Part shown: positions 6,701-10,792 of the stretch, in pieces | How the letters are laid out: each line of letters opens with the position of its first letter | Position numbering within the stretch: position 1 is the first letter of the stretch | Assembly: GCA_043799675.1 (NCBI GenBank) | Contig: JAZDNN010000021.1 | Coordinates: forward strand, 1-10,792 | Origin: Candidatus Aenigmatarchaeota archaeon | Lineage (GTDB): Archaea > Aenigmatarchaeota > Aenigmatarchaeia > Aenigmatarchaeales > JACQIB01 | Direction: 5' to 3' | Length of the DNA stretch: 10,792 nt | Position numbers and translations under genes: made by a program | Notes under the pieces: generated by a model | The model's database searches: none | Told to the model about the DNA's origin: nothing | What the model saw: the letters and a program-made list of their open reading frames with translations, nothing else

Positions 6701-8713
6701 AGCACCTACGGCTTGATGTCCCACTGGCTGTGGAGCGGCACGTGCAACTCAAAATCAACAACGTTCGTCGTGAAGATCCCGCTCATTTGGGCGAATGCGA
6801 CTACGAACATAACCATGTATTACGGCAATCCGGCCGCTACAAACGCGAGCAGCGGGAACGCAACCTTCATCTTCTTTGATGACTTCAACAGCGTTCCGGA
6901 TACCATCCTGGATATCACGCATTTCAACAAGTTTGCGGGCAACCCCGTGATGAACATCACTTACCCGGGTGCCCCATATGACAACCGCGGCATACGGGAA
7001 ACCGGCATAATGCAGGTGATAGACAACGTGACCTACGAGAAGACGTTCCAGGAAAACGGCACCTATACCATGTTCTACACTTCGGAGGGAAACACGAACG
7101 GCGACGACTGGTACGAATCGATGGCAACTTCCACGGACCTGTACAACTGGACGAGACTGGGGCTCGTTACGAAGAATTTCTCGAGCGCCCCGTGGAACAG
7201 CAGGACCAGGAGTTCGGCGTATGTGTTCAAGTACAACGGCACTTATTACATGTATTACATGGGCTCAAACATAACAGAAGGCCCATCGACCTGCAATGCG
7301 CCACGGATGCCGTATTGGGTCGAAATGGCAACTACGACCGATATTTCCAACATATCCTCGTGGGTCCTGTATGCAGGGAACCCTGTCATAAAGCCCACTG
7401 ATGGAACCACGTATGCATCCGATTTCATAGCTTCCGAACTGCTGCGCGACCCGTCCAACTCGTCCCAGTGGCTGCTGTTCGGAGGCGCAGGCGACGGGAC
7501 CATAGAAAGAATCGCATACTTCAAATCCACCGATCTTTTCCATTGGACGTACGTCGGCCTGGCATCCGGGACCCTGACATGGGAGGAGAATCCGAAGATA
7601 ATCAAGGCGAACGACGGGAATTATTACATGGTAACGAACCACATAGCTTACACATATACGGACTCGGATATATTTTATAGAAATGCAAGCGCGGATCTGA
7701 GCTCATGGACGTATCTGGGCAGCATAACGAACAAGTCAGCCTCCGGCTGGGATTCCGGTGCAATCGGGGTTGCCGGACTGGTGTATGAAAACGGCATCCT
7801 GACGCTGCTCTATGACGGCGGCCCGACAACCAACCACTGCGGCAGGCAGATAGGGATAAACAGGAACGGCGCCACCACGCTCGATTTTGGCAAATGGACC
7901 GTCGGACAGGGCTCATGGGAAATGGAACTGAAAGACGGCTCGAGCAGGGGCAAGCTTACTGCCGCCGGCGTTAACAACACGCTATACACGGACATAGGAA
8001 TCTCGGATAATTACATGATTGAAGGCACCGTCGGGCGGGCTTCAGACAGCGGCCAGGCCGGATTCGTCTTCAGGTACGACAACCAGAGCAACTTCTTCGC
8101 AGCATATTTGAATTATTCCGGTAACAAAATCAGCATCGCGGGTACCCTGGGTGCCGTTCAGCAGGCATACAAGGTGTCGACATCAAAGATAGTGGGCGCG
8201 AACGTCCATTATTATGAGGGACTTTCCGTGTCCGGGGGCAACTTTACGTTCAATGTCCAAGGCACCGTCCTGAGAGGGTATAATTCGAACCTTTCGACAA
8301 GCACGAAGGTGGGACTGTGGGGCAGCAACGCCGGCCAGACGTGGTGGGACGATTTCCGCGTCCGCAAGTACATCTATCCGGAGCCGACGGTGGCCGTGTC
8401 GGAAGAGGACATACCGGCGACCTACGACCCCGCAATAACCGGTCCGACGACGGCAAGCTCGATAAGTACGAGCGGCGGTGCCACCAAGAACGCGACAAAT
8501 ACGACCTCCCCAGAATCACCGATAAAAATGCCGACGCAGACACCGGGCGCCGATGATACCAACGGAACGGCGGCATCATCCCCGATTACCGGCGCGATTG
8601 TCATGACAACCGAATCATGGATAGTAGCCATGTTGACAGCAGTTGTTGCAATATTCATGGGGGGAGCGTACTTCTATGAACATAGGAAGAAAACGGTAAC
8701 GGTTGCGTCGTAG
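3773..8713 (+). CDS. Large membrane-anchored surface protein: two DUF2341-type modules, one with an inserted (alpha/alpha)6 glycosidase-like domain and one with a five-bladed beta-propeller glycosidase-like domain
   Basis: N-terminal hydrophobic signal. Two copies of LTDYQVN...DT..LIAAGKM...C.D.RF...HW...ITM.YGNP...FI.FDDF and closing D..[FR]VRK[WY] motifs. Many N-x-S/T sequons, a Thr/Ser/Pro linker, ITGAIV, a TM helix and a basic tail HRKK. Confidence 0.8.
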   Translation: MQPVNYVTLTIIAVVLSSSAVAYVVLAAPTVFTLSIIHPTSADKALVTDGQDITVKFIFTMDGANVTSGVSVANITVGGQTCQLQDRSEGKYLQRTIITNSLDFALTDYQVNLTVDTSSLIAAGKMRSDCGDIRFFNSSNAEIDHWIENGCNTPATRIWVEVPNIPAAGTENITMHYGNPDNAYESSGDDTFILFDDFYSDNPVYSENQTIYNNVRAAADNVISLDHFAFPDGTDYWVAAPRYEIPYAVDTALTMLGYPEHFTAAQLNNTIYKFANATNAKGEMPISLTVGGTAYSFYSGHDHWHLHAGGDAQFMMPQLARLYYDKTGDINAFNTGYRVKLINALKTIQMNSATGLVYVDPSSPWIPFGFRDGVLNTGNNLLGSLMYYRASTDMAYLLNISGDSQNYTYFTNAANNVKGNISRLWNDTDNMFHAADGANNLTDIVGSALAVHLGVANATQASLIEDYLVNNFDSITYRGFVLQTPNNWSTPLMSTYDDGYWSFGNDWILTTLAVKNASLAYDLTLQLSNSPNPDIEHWAKARNGNGGYDTNLESPVGTLRYIMDNPQIYDGSSYSYRTIDHDKWAVTSKGACAATISDSLLNQYSASGAFHQIRSTKTFTPNVSIERRVMFTGNTSNTRNRAKVFGADAPTDYGVFDNLQIYVGMETGYYAPSGSWMREVQKINATDIAWYFYNETNSIFSTAFAEDVSASGLRYYQSVGNQGFLGNGNVTTDWVFVRKWYGVEPISTTGAEEYVNAVYDSATGIWGVNCSVPAGFNDAQNLFVSANATAYSASMADDTETGAVFYIGPPTAYSVGLDLPAGNLETNPYVTFQMACTPITNGAATGVDILYEYNSSAFDWTAIPTSGTANLTVATNPETDVLNNSQVSEIITAHDKGVYNVRCRAYNSTDSVYSAEKQVTVTSWWNSDYAYQKNLIITNTLPVNLTDYQVNVNIDTAALIAAGKMNTSCLDARFVSSTYGLMSHWLWSGTCNSKSTTFVVKIPLIWANATTNITMYYGNPAATNASSGNATFIFFDDFNSVPDTILDITHFNKFAGNPVMNITYPGAPYDNRGIRETGIMQVIDNVTYEKTFQENGTYTMFYTSEGNTNGDDWYESMATSTDLYNWTRLGLVTKNFSSAPWNSRTRSSAYVFKYNGTYYMYYMGSNITEGPSTCNAPRMPYWVEMATTTDISNISSWVLYAGNPVIKPTDGTTYASDFIASELLRDPSNSSQWLLFGGAGDGTIERIAYFKSTDLFHWTYVGLASGTLTWEENPKIIKANDGNYYMVTNHIAYTYTDSDIFYRNASADLSSWTYLGSITNKSASGWDSGAIGVAGLVYENGILTLLYDGGPTTNHCGRQIGINRNGATTLDFGKWTVGQGSWEMELKDGSSRGKLTAAGVNNTLYTDIGISDNYMIEGTVGRASDSGQAGFVFRYDNQSNFFAAYLNYSGNKISIAGTLGAVQQAYKVSTSKIVGANVHYYEGLSVSGGNFTFNVQGTVLRGYNSNLSTSTKVGLWGSNAGQTWWDDFRVRKYIYPEPTVAVSEEDIPATYDPAITGPTTASSISTSGGATKNATNTTSPESPIKMPTQTPGADDTNGTAASSPITGAIVMTTESWIVAMLTAVVAIFMGGAYFYEHRKKTVTVAS

Positions 8714-8830
8714 TGCCGAAATGAGCCAAAGCTGCTTATACCTTTAAATAGCGGCTAACAGCACTATTTTATGCAGGCTGTACAAAACAGCCTCAAAACC
8801 GCCGTATACGCAACAATTGGAGGAGATAGA

Positions 8831-9004
8831 ATGGGCAAGTCATTGGTAGTAAAGAGCGCAGTCAAGGGTGCGGCCCCGAAAGGCATGCGAATGTCAGGGG
8901 ACTTCACGAAGGCGCTTGACGACATGGTGGCGCGAAAGATCGACATGGCAGCCAAGAGGGCAAAGGCCAACGGCAGAGCGACCATGAGGCCGGCTGACAT
9001 CTAA
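8831..9004 (+). CDS. Short histone-fold protein (alpha3-truncated, HTkC / face-to-face or bacterial-type histone-like), 57 aa
   Basis: MGKSLVVKSAVKGAAPKGMRMSGDFTKALDDMVARKIDMAAKRAKANGRATMRPADI has LVVKS.VK, MR.S.DF and RAKANGR.T.RP.D motifs. GGAGG RBS at 8819-8823 favours ATG 8831 over 8771. Confidence 0.85.
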   Translation: MGKSLVVKSAVKGAAPKGMRMSGDFTKALDDMVARKIDMAAKRAKANGRATMRPADI

Positions 9005-9005
9005 G

Positions 9006-9036
9006 AACAATTCATTTTCTTTTTCTCATTTATTTT
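9006..9036 (+). terminator. Oligo-T-rich archaeal terminator candidate after the histone gene
   Basis: ttcattttctttttctcattt directly downstream of the stop codon. Confidence 0.5.
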
Positions 9037-9791
9037 TCAAGGACCAGCGTGAGCTTTCCGTTCGAGAACTTCTGTTCCGCTATGCTGAGCTGCGGCTGCA
9101 CTTCGAAAAGCTTGAAGTAGAGCTTGTCACCCGCCTTGGCCCTCACCTCGATGCTGTTGGGCATGCGGTTGACCTTGATGTTCCGTTCATCCTTCACGTC
9201 CGGCAGAGCTATGGTGTAGACCTGCTTCCCTTTCTCATTCTTCACGGTCATTTCCGGCTCGGCGGTCATCTTCGGTCTTTCAATCTTTTCTTCACCACCG
9301 TTCCTGACACCCAGCTCTTTCATTATCTGCGGCTCCATCTTTTTTGCGTTTCCGAAAGTTTTCACACTGATTTTGGGCTCGCCGCCCTGGCTACTGTTGA
9401 TTGAAATGCTGATTCCGGAGCCGCCCTTCGGCACGATTATCCTCGGTTTGGCGAACATCTCCTGCCCGAACATCCTGTCCATATCCTGCATCTGTTGCTG
9501 CATCTGCTTCTCAATCTGGCCGAAGATGTCAGACAACCCGAAAACGTCTTGCTCGTCAGGTTCATGGAACGGAGCAATATCGTTCCTGTCTTGCCCGTCA
9601 CGCCCTCGTGACGGGGCCATATCATTCTCGTTTTGCCCATCAAATCGCTCTTCATGCCACCCGGGCGGGGCCATATCATCCTTTTCCTTGACTGAAACGC
9701 CGCAACGCGGGCAGAAGTCCCAATCCGCCTGAATTGAGGCGTCACAATCACGGCACTTGCCCTTGCTCTTCTTCCAAATCATATTCATCAC
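9030..9791 (-). CDS. Zinc-ribbon protein with C-terminal Hsp20/alpha-crystallin-like domain
   Basis: N-terminal CRDC...WDFCPRCG. The C-terminal part AEPEMTV...YTIALPDVKDERNIKV...SIEVRAKA...KFSNGKLTLVLEK resembles archaeal sHsp-like domains. The start may be 9788 or 9782. Confidence 0.7.
   Translation of the reverse strand: MMNMIWKKSKGKCRDCDASIQADWDFCPRCGVSVKEKDDMAPPGWHEERFDGQNENDMAPSRGRDGQDRNDIAPFHEPDEQDVFGLSDIFGQIEKQMQQQMQDMDRMFGQEMFAKPRIIVPKGGSGISISINSSQGGEPKISVKTFGNAKKMEPQIMKELGVRNGGEEKIERPKMTAEPEMTVKNEKGKQVYTIALPDVKDERNIKVNRMPNSIEVRAKAGDKLYFKLFEVQPQLSIAEQKFSNGKLTLVLEK
9570..9679 (-). repeat. Three degenerate in-frame repeats (DDMAP / NDMAP / NDIAP)
   Basis: CGGGGCCATATCAT exact at 9612-9625 and 9666-9679, and degenerate CGGAGCAATATCGT at 9570-9583 (plus-strand text). 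Confidence 0.75.
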
Positions 9792-9840
9792 TTCCGAACC
9801 CGTATCTTAAGAATTTAAGGGATGATTGGTAACCTCGTTT

Positions 9841-10041
9841 GCGGGGGTAGCCAAGCCTGGTCTAAGGCGCAGGTATTCCTTGAGTGCTGACCGCAGCATA
9901 CGATGAGCTGAATCGGGATGATTGCGAAACTCAAGATCCTGTCTCGTAGAGGGTTCGCAGGTTCAAATGAGCGCGAAGCGCCAAGAGGCGTTTTGGCAAC
10001 CTTCGGGTTGCAGTGCTATGAGAATCCTGTCCCCCGCACCA
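9841..10041 (+). tRNA. tRNA-Leu(CAA) with two non-canonical introns (30/31: 9874-9928; 59/60: 9968-10024), CCA encoded
   Basis: Acceptor GCGGGGG/CCCCCGC, A73, CCA. Anticodon arm CAGG|A-CT-CAA-GA-TCCTG, variable arm CTC-GTA-GAG and T arm GCAGG-TTCAAA|T-CCTGT. BHB helices and bulges CGCA-GGT/TGCG-AAA and TTCA-AAT/TGAG-AAT. TTTAAG at 9814-9819. Confidence 0.92.
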
Positions 10042-10238
10042 ACCGTGAACAGTGGTGCGCGCACTCAGCTAATGGCAAACAGGCATAGATAAATCGCTGC
10101 TGCCGAGGGTTTTTCTATTATTATCATCGGTAGTATTTATTGCTAGCTCCATGAAAAACGTTGGGTGACGAATTCTCAAAATAAAACGGCGTTGTTGCCT
10201 ATAACCTGCCGATAAGGTGACGATTGCTTTGCCACCTT

Positions 10239-10262
10239 TAGTCATATATCTCTAGTCATATA
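10239..10262 (+). repeat. Direct repeat TAGTCATATA x2 (14-bp period), candidate operator/promoter
   Basis: Exact copies at 10239-10248 and 10253-10262, upstream of the Zn-finger/MTase pair. Confidence 0.65.
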
Positions 10263-10307
10263 CTGCAGTTACACAATGCTTATATTATGGCCATGGCAAT
10301 TTCTTGA

Positions 10308-10445
10308 ATGCCCAAGGTCACAATAAGCGGTTTCAAATGTGGGCGGTGCCGCCACATATGGCGGCCGAGATCTAAGGGCCAACCAGTTGTCTGCCCAAAG
10401 TGCCACAGCCCTTATTGGGATAAGCCCAGAGGTGGTAGAAGATGA
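10308..10445 (+). CDS. Small C4 zinc-finger protein (45 aa)
   Basis: Manual ORF MPKVTISGFKCGRCRHIWRPRSKGQPVVCPKCHSPYWDKPRGGRR*, with CxxC-x-H-x-W-x-PR...CPxC-x-SPYW pattern. Its stop overlaps the MTase start (ATGA at 10442-10445). Confidence 0.8.
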   Translation: MPKVTISGFKCGRCRHIWRPRSKGQPVVCPKCHSPYWDKPRGGRR

Positions 10446-10792
10446 TAAGTCATTCTTCTTCCGACCGCCCAATCGCTGTTGATCTTTTCGCTGGCGCAGG
10501 CGGCATGAGCCTCGGATTGGAAATGGCTGGGTTTGAAGTTGCCGTAGCCAACGAAATAAATCACCACGCGGTTTTGACATATTCCGCGAACCATCCGGGA
10601 ACGCAGATGATAGAAAAAGATATAAGACGCGTGACAGCGAAAGAAATATTGAAAGCCGCTGGTGGAAAGCCACTGCTGGTTGCCGGCGGACCGCCATGCC
10701 AAGGCTTCTCGATGGCTGGAAGACGAAATGCAGATGATCCTCGGAACTCGCTCGTGATGGAATTCCTGAAAAAAGTGAAAGAAATAAGGCCC
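10442..10792 (+). CDS. dcm: DNA (cytosine-5)-methyltransferase, 5' part; runs off the right edge
   Basis: Absent from the ORF track. MISHSSSDRPIAVDLFAGAGGMSLGLEMAGF...ANEIN...DIR...AGGPPCQGFSMAG...DDPRNSL contains motif I (FxGxG) and catalytic motif IV (PCQ). RBS GAGGTGG at 10429-10435. Confidence 0.95.
   Translation, partial: MISHSSSDRPIAVDLFAGAGGMSLGLEMAGFEVAVANEINHHAVLTYSANHPGTQMIEKDIRRVTAKEILKAAGGKPLLVAGGPPCQGFSMAGRRNADDPRNSLVMEFLKKVKEIRP

Noticed and set aside
4367..7879. The two large in-frame insertions as inteins
   Set aside because: There are no N-terminal C/S block A or C-terminal HN-[CST] motifs and no LAGLIDADG. The inserts look like glycosidase folds.
3760..8658. Numerous small ORFs inside or antisense to the 1646-aa gene
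   Set aside because: Shadow frames of a long coherent CDS.
8764..9751. ORFs 8764..9000, 9373..9732 and 9437..9751
   Set aside because: Shadows of the histone and Zn-ribbon/Hsp20-like genes.
10269..10702. Minus-strand ORFs 10269..10697 and 10412..10702
   Set aside because: Antisense to the Zn-finger and methyltransferase genes.

Overview
Archaeal chromosomal segment, probably DPANN-like. That placement is inferred from TATA-like promoters, GAGGTG-type RBSs, BHB tRNA introns, a PRC-barrel gene, a short alpha3-truncated histone and a DUF2341 surface protein. The housekeeping-type genes are a partial ADP-forming acyl-CoA synthetase ATP-grasp subunit, an agmatinase/ureohydrolase, an FMN-binding split barrel, a PRC barrel, an AbrB-like protein, a DUF5654-like membrane protein, a histone and a Zn-ribbon/Hsp20-like protein. 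Four tRNA genes that an ORF track cannot show (Ser-GCT, Val-CAC, Glu-TTC, Leu-CAA) carry seven BHB-type introns in total, five of them at non-canonical positions (15/16, 28/29, 30/31, 59/60 twice). After manual splicing, tRNA-Glu has C at both near-invariant U positions (33 and 55), each paired with an intron G in the BHB central helix, which makes it a candidate for C-to-U tRNA editing. A 1646-aa membrane-anchored protein has two DUF2341-type modules, each with a different glycosidase-like domain inserted at the same site. Past tRNA-Leu a probable accessory island begins, with a 45-aa Zn-finger ORF translationally coupled to a C5 DNA methyltransferase. All structures were derived by eye and no searches were run.
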